From Nannocystales bacterium (lineage in GTDB: Bacteria; Myxococcota_A; Polyangia; Nannocystales; Nannocystaceae), in NCBI GenBank assembly GCA_050633305.1, contig JBOEGF010000010.1, positions 32,001 to 96,000 of the forward strand: 64,000 nucleotides of DNA, read 5' to 3'. The notes beneath the pieces were generated by a model that made no database searches, was not told where the DNA came from, and saw only the letters and a list, made by a program, of their open reading frames with translations. This document shows, piece by piece, positions 28,520 to 38,203 of the stretch. Position 1 is the first letter of the stretch, and each line of letters begins with the position of its first letter. The position numbers and the translations under genes were made by a program.

Positions 28520-30121
28520 ATGACCCGACTTGGCATCCTCTTCTGCGGCTTTGCGCTCATCGTGGGGTGTTCCGACTCCGACCCGCCTGGAGCGGTCGGA
28601 GGCGAGACAAGCGCGGGAAGCTCAGGCGATACGAACGCCTCGGGTCCCACAGACCCTGGGTCTGGATCCGAGGCGACGTCGTCCGGTGGCGGGGACGTTC
28701 CCTCGGCGGAGAGCGGCTCGACTGCGGGCGATGATGGCTCCACTGGCGACGTCGGGGAGGATCCGCCCTCATGCGAGGACGGTCCTGCGCCCGAGGTCTG
28801 CGGCAATGGGATCGACGAAGACTGTGACGGCGAAGACTGGGCCTGTCCGGAGGCAGCGGTCCACGTCGACAACGTATCGGGAGATGACGGCGCCGACGGT
28901 TCTGCGGAGAACCCGGTCGCTTCTGTCGCCCGAGGACTCGAACTCGCGGAGTCGGGAACGGTCATTTTTCTACAGGCGACAGAGCTGGGCTACACAGGAG
29001 CCTGCATCACCGAGCCAGGGATCTCGCTCGTGGGGTGGGGTGGCCAACCGGTCATCGATCAACGCGTCGAGTGTGACGGTCGAGCGGCGCTCATCTTCTC
29101 TCGCGCCGACGACTTTCGGATTGAGAACGTGCGGCTCGACGCATCTGCGCTGGGGGGGCTGCGCTTGCGGGCTCTGATCTTCTCCGGCCTTCCCGATGCG
29201 CCGATCTATCGAAACGAGGCCCGCTTCGTCGATGCTCTCGGTCCGGGCGTCGGCCCCGATGGGCGCTCATTGATCAGCGCTTCGCTCTGCTACGACTGCC
29301 TGCTCGAGTACAGCTCCTCGATCGAATCTGAGGACCACGGCATCTACTGGACCAACCACCAAGACGGGTCGGTCATTCGCGGGAACTACGTCGCGCGGGC
29401 CGACGGCGCGTGTCTGCAGCTCAACGCCGACCCCGAGACAAATGACCCGATGCACCCGTTCCAGGATGGGATCATGTCCGATGGCCTGGTGGAGGACAAC
29501 GTCCTCGAAGACTGCGGGAACGAGTCCGGCGGCGCCGCGCTCAACCTCGCGGGCGTCCATGACACCGTCTTCCGGAACAACCTGATGTTCGGAAGCCCTT
29601 TCAACGGCGGCGTGGCGATGTGGGACGACGGCTACAGCGACTGGGGGGAGGCAGGAGACTTCGACTTCGGGTGTGTGGGCAACGAGTTCGTCCACAACAC
29701 GATCGACTGCCGTGGATGCGACCGTCACGCGTTCTCACTGCGCAACGGGAGCACATCGAACATCGTGCGGAACAACATCTTCATCACGGCGGAATTCGAC
29801 GCCGTGGCCGTGGACTCCGAGTCCAACTCGGGCAACGACGTCGACTACAACGTCTACCTCGAGGGCACGATCTTCGAGGGCGTCGACGGTCAGTGGGTCG
29901 GTATCGAGGCGTGGCGAGTGTCGACCGGTCACGACCTCAACAGCTTGTCCGTCGCACTGGGGACGCTATTCGTGGACGAGGCGGATGGCGACTACCGTCT
30001 CGCGCCGAACAGCCCCGCCATCGATGCTGGCTCCGGGACATCGGTACCGTTCGACTACGATGATGTGCCACGACCCCAAGGCACCGCGCCGGACCCCGGA
30101 GCCTTCGAGTTCGTCCCCTAG
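28520..30121 (+). CDS. Right-handed parallel beta-helix lipoprotein with a MopE-like Cys motif
   Basis: Lipobox IVGC, EVCGNGIDEDCDG, GDDGADGSAENP, Asn-ladder repeats, DYRLAPNSPAIDAG...PDPGAFEF tail. Confidence 0.8.
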   Translation: MTRLGILFCGFALIVGCSDSDPPGAVGGETSAGSSGDTNASGPTDPGSGSEATSSGGGDVPSAESGSTAGDDGSTGDVGEDPPSCEDGPAPEVCGNGIDEDCDGEDWACPEAAVHVDNVSGDDGADGSAENPVASVARGLELAESGTVIFLQATELGYTGACITEPGISLVGWGGQPVIDQRVECDGRAALIFSRADDFRIENVRLDASALGGLRLRALIFSGLPDAPIYRNEARFVDALGPGVGPDGRSLISASLCYDCLLEYSSSIESEDHGIYWTNHQDGSVIRGNYVARADGACLQLNADPETNDPMHPFQDGIMSDGLVEDNVLEDCGNESGGAALNLAGVHDTVFRNNLMFGSPFNGGVAMWDDGYSDWGEAGDFDFGCVGNEFVHNTIDCRGCDRHAFSLRNGSTSNIVRNNIFITAEFDAVAVDSESNSGNDVDYNVYLEGTIFEGVDGQWVGIEAWRVSTGHDLNSLSVALGTLFVDEADGDYRLAPNSPAIDAGSGTSVPFDYDDVPRPQGTAPDPGAFEFVP

Positions 30122-30161
30122 TGTCGTGACAGCACACGAGGTCTCGCCGGGTCCGAATGGT

Positions 30162-30908
30162 TCACCGGCTGAGCTGGAGCCGGAGGCGTGGGGGGACCGC
30201 GCCGCTGGTGCTCCAGTACTGTACGTTGTCGGCAGACCCGGGCTCGACGGAGAGGTATAGGAAGTCTCCCATGACCAGCGATGGGTCGAGCTTCCACTGT
30301 ACGGTCTGTCCCAACGTGACCCCGCCGCTGGGAGCGTCCGAAGGCGTGGAGGTCGGAACTGCGGCAGGTAGCCCATCTTCGAGCCCGGCGGCGGAGAATG
30401 GCTCGACGGGGACGATGCGTCCGGCTGCCTCGGAGGCAGCGTCACCGGAGTCCGCGGCGGTCAGCTCGAGCCGTATCGAGAGGATGCTTGTGACCTCGGG
30501 TAGGCCGCTCAGCTCGAAGATGAGGTAGCCCGTGGATTGCTCGGAGCTGTCGCCGTCGAAGATATCGACGTCGATGCGCCCGGGTCCGGCGAATTGTTCG
30601 CACTGTACGGGGGGGGTGGACGCTCCGGCACAACCCGCGTAGGAGGCGGGGAGCACTTGTTCCGTGCTGCATGCGTCTGCGAGTCCGTCGCCCGCGAACG
30701 GGCCCCAACGACGTCCAGGTTCACAGGCAACGTCCGGGTAGCTGCAGTACGCGTTGACTTCGCATCGCCCGGATGCTTCGTCGACGACGCACTCCGAATC
30801 CGTCGCGCACGGGTACGGCTCTGGCTCCCCGCAGGCGCAAGCCAAACTCAGCCAGACACACACCAGCGCGACCCCGATATGCGGGGTGGGAGGTCGGTGT
30901 CTCACCAC
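30162..30908 (-). CDS. Cys-rich exported hypothetical protein
   Basis: Signal/lipobox (LACAC), CATDSEC...GRCE...YCSYPD..C..GRRWG motif, C-terminal beta domain ending PRLRL. Confidence 0.65.
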   Translation of the reverse strand: MVRHRPPTPHIGVALVCVWLSLACACGEPEPYPCATDSECVVDEASGRCEVNAYCSYPDVACEPGRRWGPFAGDGLADACSTEQVLPASYAGCAGASTPPVQCEQFAGPGRIDVDIFDGDSSEQSTGYLIFELSGLPEVTSILSIRLELTAADSGDAASEAAGRIVPVEPFSAAGLEDGLPAAVPTSTPSDAPSGGVTLGQTVQWKLDPSLVMGDFLYLSVEPGSADNVQYWSTSGAVPPRLRLQLSR

Positions 30909-31139
30909 AGTGAAACCTATCAGTCCGCGGTCGTGAAGCAGTGCGATGGCGGAGTCGCCGACCAGCTGGTGTGAGGCGCGATTGCGCGATGCGGCCCACT
31001 CCGTCGTCCGGGGATGGAGTGGGCCGTGTGAACGCCAAGGCTATGATAGGATAAGCTTTTCTGACATGCTGGATATCGGCTTGCGCCCAGGGAACCGTCA
31101 AGTCGTTTGACAGCTGTGTTCGTTTGGGTAGTTTTAGAT

Positions 31140-32081
31140 ATGCATTGCTCGGCGTTGTCTTGCCTCTTGCGCCGGGGGTTCCTGACCGGGTCTTTCGTGC
31201 TTCTGCTCCCCTCCTGCAGCACGGTCACAACACTTGAGAGCTCGGAAGAGACGGGAGGGCGGGCGGAGACGGAAGAGGCTGGAGGGATCATCCCCACGGG
31301 TTCGGCGGAGGGGTCGAGCAGCGAACCCGCCCCGACCGCAACCGGCTCCAGCTCGGGAGGCGACAGCTCGGACGAGGGTGGGAACTCGTTCTTGGATGGG
31401 TCGACGTCGGGTGCAGGCGTGTGCGGGAACTCGATTCCCGACGGCGTCGTTCGGAGCAGTGTGGCGGACTGTTCCGTCTTTGCGCAGGACTGCTGTCCCG
31501 GCGAGGCTTGTCGTGCATGGGCGAACGACGGTGGCTCGCAATGGAACGCGACTCGATGTGTACCGGTGGACCCCGAAGCGGGCTCTGTCGGTGAGCCATG
31601 CACGGTCCAGGGGAGCGCCGTCACCGGTCTCGACAGCTGTGACGTCGGCCTGATGTGTTGGGAGGTCGATTCGGACTCGTTCGAAGGGACGTGCATCGAG
31701 GTCTGCGGCGGATCGGAGAGCGAACCGACGTGCTCGAGTCCGGATGACGTTTGCGGGATCTACAACGACGGCGTCTTGGCCCTATGCCTGCCAGGCTGCG
31801 ACCTGCCGACGAACGACTGCGAAGGTGATGACGTTTGTGTCCCGGCGGGGGACGACACCTTCGGTTGCATCGACGAGGGCTATCCGCGGTGTCGGGCCGG
31901 GACCAGCGAGGTTGTCCCGTCGCAGGGTGCGGACTGTTCGGAAGGTGAGCCGTGTTGCGCGCCATACTGCGACCTCGCTGATGGAGCATCGTGTGGAGAA
32001 GGGTTCCTGTGCGTGTCGTTCGACGCACCCTATCCGGCGTATCCTGATCTCGGCGTGTGCGTGCCGGACGTGGAGCGGTAG
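31140..32081 (+). CDS. Cys-rich myxobacterial lipoprotein (family often mislabelled ribulose-phosphate epimerase)
   Basis: Lipobox LPSC, S/G linker, CSVFAQDC..GEAC..WANDGG..WNATRCVPV..GEPCTVQGSAVTGLDSCD.GLMCW; no epimerase motifs. Confidence 0.75.
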   Translation: MHCSALSCLLRRGFLTGSFVLLLPSCSTVTTLESSEETGGRAETEEAGGIIPTGSAEGSSSEPAPTATGSSSGGDSSDEGGNSFLDGSTSGAGVCGNSIPDGVVRSSVADCSVFAQDCCPGEACRAWANDGGSQWNATRCVPVDPEAGSVGEPCTVQGSAVTGLDSCDVGLMCWEVDSDSFEGTCIEVCGGSESEPTCSSPDDVCGIYNDGVLALCLPGCDLPTNDCEGDDVCVPAGDDTFGCIDEGYPRCRAGTSEVVPSQGADCSEGEPCCAPYCDLADGASCGEGFLCVSFDAPYPAYPDLGVCVPDVER

Positions 32082-32226
32082 TGGGTGACCTTCGCTGGCT
32101 CAACGGCGACCGCCAGTGGCAGGACTTGTGATGGACCTTGATGTGATGCTCTCTTACGTTTTGGCGTGTGCGTGTCACCGATGTGAGGGGCGCTCCCGGG
32201 TCTGAGCTGGGTGATACCTTCGGGCC

Positions 32227-33048
32227 GTGAGCAAGCCTCGTCGTCACGGAGAGCCCCGCGACTCGGACACCCCTCGTCAGGAACCGCTGTACGACGAGTC
32301 CGTCGCGAGCCCCTCGCATGCCGAGCACGCCCGGTCTCTCGTGCAGCGGGTCGACATGGGCGTGTTGTCCACGCACCACGCCGAGCTCGACGGGCACCCC
32401 TACGGCTCGATGGTGATCTACGGGCTGCACGAGGGGGCGCCGATTCTGCTCATCAGTGGCCTCGCGGAGCACACGAAGAACCTGGAGGCATCGCCACGGT
32501 GTTCGTTGCTCGTGCACGAACGCGGCCCAAAGAACCCGTTGGCGCTGTCCCGGGTGACGCTGGTCGGCGAGGGATCCAAGGTGGTCGGACCCGAGCGTGA
32601 AGCTGTCGCGGCATCGTTTCTAGCTCGACACCCGGATGCGTCCTACTACGCGGACTTCACCGACTTCGCGTACTGGCGCATCGATGTGACCGGAGTGCGT
32701 TTCATCGGAGGCTTTGGACGGATGTCGTGGGTTGAGCCCGAGCCGTGGGCGAACGCCCAGCCGGACCCCTTGCTGGATGGGGCGAAGGGCATCATCGAAC
32801 ACATGAACGCGGACCACGCGGATGCCCTGCGTTTGTACTCCGAGGCGTTCAGCCGCTCAGGGCCGGTCCCCGAAGCGGTGATGACCGGTGTGGACCGGTA
32901 CGGTTTCGAAATGTCCGTGACGACCGAGCAGGGCGCACGTCCGGTTCGCATCGCGTTCGATGAGCCCGCGACGGATTCGACCGCGGTGCGCGAAGCGATG
33001 GTCTCGCTGGTCAAGCGCGCGCGGGAACAACTGGGCCGCGAACGCTGA
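32227..33048 (+). CDS. HugZ-like split-barrel (PNPOx-related) heme-utilisation protein with DUF2470
   Basis: GVLST..GHPYGS, ISGLAEHTKNL, RVTLVG, RFIGGFGRMSW, IIEHMNADH, GVDRYG. Confidence 0.88.
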   Translation: MSKPRRHGEPRDSDTPRQEPLYDESVASPSHAEHARSLVQRVDMGVLSTHHAELDGHPYGSMVIYGLHEGAPILLISGLAEHTKNLEASPRCSLLVHERGPKNPLALSRVTLVGEGSKVVGPEREAVAASFLARHPDASYYADFTDFAYWRIDVTGVRFIGGFGRMSWVEPEPWANAQPDPLLDGAKGIIEHMNADHADALRLYSEAFSRSGPVPEAVMTGVDRYGFEMSVTTEQGARPVRIAFDEPATDSTAVREAMVSLVKRAREQLGRER

Positions 33049-34390
33049 GCTCGGCGGGCTGTCTCGCGGTCGAGGTCCACGGCTGAAGCAGCGCAGCCGC
33101 GGCCGGGGCGACACAGTATTCGAGCGCTCGCTGCGCCACCTCCAGCCGCTGCTCCGCGGTCAGGCGACCAACCACCCGCAGCACCGCCGGCTCGAGGCTG
33201 TCGGAGATCGAGACTGCACGGGGGACGGCGTCTTGGGCATGCGCGAACGCTTTGGCCACTGCGGCGCGCAGCGAGTCGTCGCCGCGACGGAGCATCCAAG
33301 CGAGTGCGGACCATGCGAGCTCGGCATGCCGAAGCTCTTGCTCGGCGATCTCGGAAAGGACCGCTGCGACCGAAGCATCGGTGGCATGGGAAGCTGCAAT
33401 GTCGAGCTGCATGGCGGAGATGGTCTCCGCGATGCAGCCCTCGGTCGCAAGCGACACGGCCGAGGCGATCGGGTCGGACGCATCGTCGAGGGCTCCTTCG
33501 ATGGGCAGCGCACTGGGGCCCAGATTCACGCCCCCGTAGGCGCGGGCCAGGCCAAAGAACGCACGCGCGTGCTCGACCTCCTCACTCATCGCTGCCTGGG
33601 CGCCTGCGATGAGTGAGGACGGCGCACCGACACTCATGAGCTGGAGGACGAAACGAGAGAACGAGGCTATGGACGCCGCCTCGTGGCATCCCTCTGCTGC
33701 CCAGGCTTCGCAGAGGACTGCCCGGGTCGAGGCTGAGAGTCCCGCAACGTTTGGCGAGCACGACCGCCACCAATCGTCACGTCGCACGACTTCGGGAAGT
33801 CGCGCGGCACCGCGGACGAGGAACGGACGGCCCGGGCACGACTGGCCAGGTTGAACGACCACCCATGCACAGCAGGTTGTCTCGCCAAGGAGAAAGGGTT
33901 CACACGCGGTCCGCTCCGCGAATCCGTCGCAAACCAGGCAGTCCCAGGCCGCGTCGAGGTAGTCGTCCTCCGTCTGCGTGTCACAGGCAGCGTCCGCGAC
34001 TCCGTCCACACAGATCGGGATGAGGACCTCGTAGGGCCCAAGCTCAGCCTCACAATCCGGTGCTCCCTCCACGGGCTCGCAGTCGGTCTCAAACTCGCCT
34101 ACGTCCGGGATTGCACCGATGTCGACGAAGGCATCTCCGATGTCGAACCGTGGGCCTTCACCGAGACCCCCGGTGTTGGGCATCGTGGGGTCACCGGAGG
34201 TGCTTATGGCCGTCGTGACTGGGGAGGTGCTCGGTGCCGTTGTCGCATCGCTCGACGTTGCGCCGGCGCTCGTCGTGCCAGTCGTCTCTGAGCCTTCGGT
34301 GTCGACGACGGGGCCACACCCGCCACCACCCATCGCCAACCCGAGTGCGACCGCCGCTCGAAGCCTCCCCGAGATTTCCACCCAATCCAT
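33011..34390 (-). CDS. Ferritin-like (di-iron) domain lipoprotein of myxobacterial type
   Basis: GRPF motif, EAASIASF, EEVEH, EGCIAET, QELRH ligand pattern; N-terminal signal with GGC; 3' end overlaps the HugZ-like gene. Confidence 0.8.
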   Translation of the reverse strand: MDWVEISGRLRAAVALGLAMGGGGCGPVVDTEGSETTGTTSAGATSSDATTAPSTSPVTTAISTSGDPTMPNTGGLGEGPRFDIGDAFVDIGAIPDVGEFETDCEPVEGAPDCEAELGPYEVLIPICVDGVADAACDTQTEDDYLDAAWDCLVCDGFAERTACEPFLLGETTCCAWVVVQPGQSCPGRPFLVRGAARLPEVVRRDDWWRSCSPNVAGLSASTRAVLCEAWAAEGCHEAASIASFSRFVLQLMSVGAPSSLIAGAQAAMSEEVEHARAFFGLARAYGGVNLGPSALPIEGALDDASDPIASAVSLATEGCIAETISAMQLDIAASHATDASVAAVLSEIAEQELRHAELAWSALAWMLRRGDDSLRAAVAKAFAHAQDAVPRAVSISDSLEPAVLRVVGRLTAEQRLEVAQRALEYCVAPAAAALLQPWTSTARQPAELSVRGPVVPARA

Positions 34391-34564
34391 CTGGTGCGAT
34401 TATCCCTCATTTTCTCGCCGATGGTGGGGGGCCGGCGATCCATTCTCCGTCTACGTCGTCGACCTGCGGGTTTACCTCCAGGAGTGACCACATCCCGTCT
34501 CTCCCCTCCCGAGAGGCCACAACGCTGTGGGGACGCCCACTCGGTGTGTGATGCGGGCGACTTC

Positions 34565-35812
34565 CTACGGGGACTCCAAGCGGTGCAGCTCCGAGCGGAG
34601 TTCCAGCCCGTCATCGCCTTGCGTGTTGCAATGCAGGACGACGAGGGCACCCTGGGCATCGAACGCATGGCTCACGCCTGCGTTGCAGCCCGGGGTCGTG
34701 TGCGTCCACTGTTGCTCCTCGTCTTCGATGTTCACGTACGCCGCGACACCACAGTCCGTCGCAGGGTCGAAGCTCTCGGCGCAGTTGGAGCGCTCGCTGC
34801 CCACGTAGCCGGTGGGCGAGTAGGCGCTGCCGAACACCAGCTCCGGGTCGACGAGGACCGTCGAAAGGATGCTGGCATCGGCGGAGACGGTGACCACCGC
34901 ACGGTCATCGATGTCCACGACCGCGAGCGCATTTCCATCCTCGCCGAGTCGGAGATCATTGATTCCGTCGGTGCCCCCACTTGCGGGGAGGCGAAGCTCG
35001 GCGAGGGTCTGGAGGTCGTCGTCGACCCACACCAGCCATGCCTCGGCTTGAGAACTCTCGGGGGACGTCCCCCAGCTTCCGCCGAGCAAGAACCCATGTT
35101 GCTCGGATACGAGGACGGAGTCGAACAGCGTACCGCGGCCCTCGGAGTTGGTCCACGTCCGGGTGGCCACGATGGCGCCGAGACTGTCGAGATGGACGGC
35201 CCAGCCGTACACGGCATTGGGGTTGTCCTCGGCGAGTTCTAGGCCTACTGCGACGGCGCCCCCATTGCCCGTCGCGGCGACACTTCGCGGTCTGGATGGG
35301 AGCGTTGTGGTCCACAGTGGCTCTCCATCGGCGGAAAACTTGGAGACCGCATTGTCCGAGACCGGGATGTCCGAGTAGTCGACGAGCGAGATGAACACCG
35401 AACCGTCGGGCCCCGTATCAAGGCCGGTGAGGTCACGCTCTTCGAGCTCGCCGAGTTCGTTTTGCGAAAACGGAAGCGAGCGTTCCCACTGAAGTCCGCC
35501 GTCCTCGGCGAAGGCTCCAACCCACATCGCGTCGTAGAGGGTCAGGTCCCCGAATGTCCCCTGATAACCGGAGACTCCTGCGGCGACGACGGAGCCATCC
35601 TCGCGAACGTCGAGGTGCTGAATGGACCCGCCCTCGAGTACGCCAAGAGACTCGCTATCCGCGGTGGGGATCGAGCCTTCACCCGATTCGCCCGATTCAC
35701 CCTCGGAGCCTCCCGTTGGTTCGTCTCCGAGAGACTTCGAGCCGGGGTCACAGGCAGGACCCGTGGCGATGGATGACAGGCCGACGATGAACGTTACGTG
35801 CTTCAAGTTCAT
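34565..35812 (-). CDS. Lipoprotein, probable beta-propeller; last gene of the ECF operon
   Basis: Lipobox GPAC, repeats DGSVVAAG / DGGLQWE / DGEPLWT; ATG 35812. Confidence 0.7.
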   Translation of the reverse strand: MNLKHVTFIVGLSSIATGPACDPGSKSLGDEPTGGSEGESGESGEGSIPTADSESLGVLEGGSIQHLDVREDGSVVAAGVSGYQGTFGDLTLYDAMWVGAFAEDGGLQWERSLPFSQNELGELEERDLTGLDTGPDGSVFISLVDYSDIPVSDNAVSKFSADGEPLWTTTLPSRPRSVAATGNGGAVAVGLELAEDNPNAVYGWAVHLDSLGAIVATRTWTNSEGRGTLFDSVLVSEQHGFLLGGSWGTSPESSQAEAWLVWVDDDLQTLAELRLPASGGTDGINDLRLGEDGNALAVVDIDDRAVVTVSADASILSTVLVDPELVFGSAYSPTGYVGSERSNCAESFDPATDCGVAAYVNIEDEEQQWTHTTPGCNAGVSHAFDAQGALVVLHCNTQGDDGLELRSELHRLESP

Positions 35813-35850
35813 GGTTATGTCGGTTGAGTGCACGGCGACCCGAGAATCCG

Positions 35851-36591
35851 TCACGGGTCCTGCGAAACTTTGTTGTCGCCAACGAGCCCGCAGCGTTGCC
35901 GCACTTTCGCGGTGAGTGCTCCACGGGGATGGGCTTGCACGAACGCGGTTGCTCGCCGGGTGTCGGTGGCCTCGACCATGCATGCCGCACTCGCGGCGAT
36001 GGCCTCGCGCTCGGTTGTGAGTTGCGGCGCGTGGAATCCGGTTCGATGAAAGTCGCAGAGCGCGAGCGCCTCCTTGGGCTTGCCGCGGTCCAGCGCGGAC
36101 TCTGCCTTGGCGATGAGGTCGGCTTCCGCACGCAAGGCGTCCGCTGTTGTCGACGGTGACGGCGTGGTGGTCTCGTGAGCGGCGGGCGCCGTGCGACGCG
36201 GTCGGGGTCTTGTTCGGGGCGCGACTTCGACCGGCGGACGTGCGGGGTTCGTCGGCTGTCCTCGGTCGACAGGAAGCGAGGGCGCGGGCGTCTGCTCGGA
36301 GGGGGGACCGAGCTCGGGGTGGTACGGCTGTTCAATCGGGGGGGGGACGCCCGGGTCAGACTCGGCTGGTGACCGGCTGGCGATCCACGTTCCGCCTGCG
36401 GTGACGACGGTTGCGACGACCAGCGCGACTTTTCCGAGCATCGGAGCCGCGGGCACACCTGTGGGGACGGGCGGTGCATCGACGTGCGCCAAGAGGCTCT
36501 CGAGTCCCCGCGACTCGGCATCGCCGCCAGGCGTCGCGGCAGGGAGACCATCGTCGATGAGCTTTCGAAGCTCGGGGTCAAGCGGCTCCAT
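35851..36591 (-). CDS. Putative single-pass anti-sigma factor with C-terminal TPR-like domain
   Basis: Overlaps the ECF stop; one TM helix, Pro-rich linker, LRAEADLIAKAESAL..G.PKEAL helix pair. Confidence 0.65.
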   Translation of the reverse strand: MEPLDPELRKLIDDGLPAATPGGDAESRGLESLLAHVDAPPVPTGVPAAPMLGKVALVVATVVTAGGTWIASRSPAESDPGVPPPIEQPYHPELGPPSEQTPAPSLPVDRGQPTNPARPPVEVAPRTRPRPRRTAPAAHETTTPSPSTTADALRAEADLIAKAESALDRGKPKEALALCDFHRTGFHAPQLTTEREAIAASAACMVEATDTRRATAFVQAHPRGALTAKVRQRCGLVGDNKVSQDP

Positions 36592-37168
36592 GGGTCCCTC
36601 CTTCGGCTTTCTGTAGCGCCTCGAGCGATGCCTTCATGCGACTCCGAGCCAGGCGAAGCCGGGAGTACACGGTGTTGAGTTTGGTGCCCATGACCTGGGC
36701 GATCTCGGGGGCCTGCAGCTGTGCGACTTCCGCGAGTACGAAGACCTCCCGCTGCTCCTCCGGGAGCTGACCGAGCAGCCGGTCGAGCCGGGCCAGGGCG
36801 GCCCGTCCGTGGACTGTCGATTCGATGGTGGGGGCCCGGGCCGGGGCCTCGGGTGGAAGTGGGTCGGTTTGTCCGCGTCGCACCCGAGTCCGGTGGCGTC
36901 GCGCAACGCGGAGCGCAATTCCGTGGAGCCAGGTCTGGACGCTCGACTCGTTTCGAAAGTCCGCACGACGACGATGCAGGACCAGGAAGATCTCCTGAAC
37001 GACATCCTCAACATGGCTCGGGGGGACGCCCAGCCGGCCGACCAAGGCCCATGTGGAACGAAAATGTGTTCGGTACGCATCGACGACCCATGCGGATGCA
37101 GGGTCCCGGCGCTGGCGTGGCTGAGCCCCCACACCTGCTGAGTGCACCCGGGCCTTCTTTTCCGTCAC
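36578..37168 (-). CDS. ECF sigma-70 factor
   Basis: RLGVPPSHVEDVVQEIF, TWLHGIA, REVFVLAE, EIA..MGTKLNTVYSRLRLAR. Confidence 0.92.
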   Translation of the reverse strand: MTEKKARVHSAGVGAQPRQRRDPASAWVVDAYRTHFRSTWALVGRLGVPPSHVEDVVQEIFLVLHRRRADFRNESSVQTWLHGIALRVARRHRTRVRRGQTDPLPPEAPARAPTIESTVHGRAALARLDRLLGQLPEEQREVFVLAEVAQLQAPEIAQVMGTKLNTVYSRLRLARSRMKASLEALQKAEGGTHGAA

Positions 37169-38136
37169 GGCAGCCGCCGCTCGATCCCCAACATGCCCGC
37201 ACCGCCGAGTCGGGGGCTTTCAAGCAGGTTCTGGCGGTCGCCGATCCGAAACGCCGGGCGGGCGAGACCCACGGCAAGCAGGGCATCGAGGCAGAGGCGC
37301 CACTGCGGGTTCCACGCCCACCGAAGTCCTGCAAGCGCGTGGGCGCCAACCCAGACCGCTCGCGGGCGACGGGGGGCGGGAATTCCGACCCCTGCGCCAA
37401 ACACCGCACCGACAGCAGGTCCCGCACAGAGCGCGGCTGTGACGGATCCTCGTCCGGGCTCGTAACAACCCTGGACGTTGGCGGCCACTGCGGAGAAGCG
37501 CCCCCCGACGGTTGTGCCTGGATACAGGAGGCGGCGAGGCGTTTCGTAATGGCCAGCGACTCGTACGGCCCATCGGTCGCCCCTGAGAACGTACCGAGCG
37601 CCCAGGCGCGCGCTGACCGCTGGGACGTGGATGGCGGCGACTCCCGCGTCGACACCCACCCAGTGCGTGAACGGGGGACGGAGACGCGTTGATTCGTCCG
37701 TTGGCTGCGAGAAGACGGGGGCGGGGGCGGTTCGAGGTTGTTCCGCCTCGGGTGCGGGCTCGCGGGCGGGCGGAGGCTCGGGTGTTGGAACGAGGGGGAC
37801 GGCCGGCTCTGGCCGGGTGGATGGTGGCTCTGCGGGCTCGGGTTGCGCGTCGCGTGCCACAGCGATCACCACCATTGCGGCAGCCATCAAGTCCTCGCAT
37901 GACCCTGCCGTGAGGAGGCGTGGGTCGTCTCCGTCGATGCGGACCTCCGCCTGCCAACCGTTGGGTGTTGGCTCGACCTGCACCTCGCTCGTTCCCTGCG
38001 AAGCGTCGGACTCGAGCTCGGTCTCCAGGTACCCGGCAGCATCCGCCTGGGATGGACAGTCCGCAGGGGCATGCCAGCGAAGACCTCGCGCCTCCGGAGC
38101 GGAGAGAAGCAGCAGCGTGACAGACGCGGCGAGCAC
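37165..38136 (-). CDS. Exported protein with C-terminal beta-strand (outer-membrane-like) domain; first gene of the ECF operon
   Basis: Signal peptide, LRWHAPADCP motif, Pro linker, amphipathic strands; GTGA coupling to the sigma gene. Confidence 0.65.
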   Translation of the reverse strand: MLAASVTLLLLSAPEARGLRWHAPADCPSQADAAGYLETELESDASQGTSEVQVEPTPNGWQAEVRIDGDDPRLLTAGSCEDLMAAAMVVIAVARDAQPEPAEPPSTRPEPAVPLVPTPEPPPAREPAPEAEQPRTAPAPVFSQPTDESTRLRPPFTHWVGVDAGVAAIHVPAVSARLGARYVLRGDRWAVRVAGHYETPRRLLYPGTTVGGRFSAVAANVQGCYEPGRGSVTAALCAGPAVGAVFGAGVGIPAPRRPRAVWVGAHALAGLRWAWNPQWRLCLDALLAVGLARPAFRIGDRQNLLESPRLGGAGMLGIERRLP

Positions 38137-38203
38137 GTGCCGCGAAGAGTGCCAGAAACCCGGGAGTGTCGGAGATGTCCGGGTGCGCTATCCATACGCG
38201 TCC

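Noticed and set aside
31140..32081. Ribulose-phosphate epimerase label often given to this family
   Set aside because: Exported Cys-rich protein with no TIM-barrel epimerase motifs.
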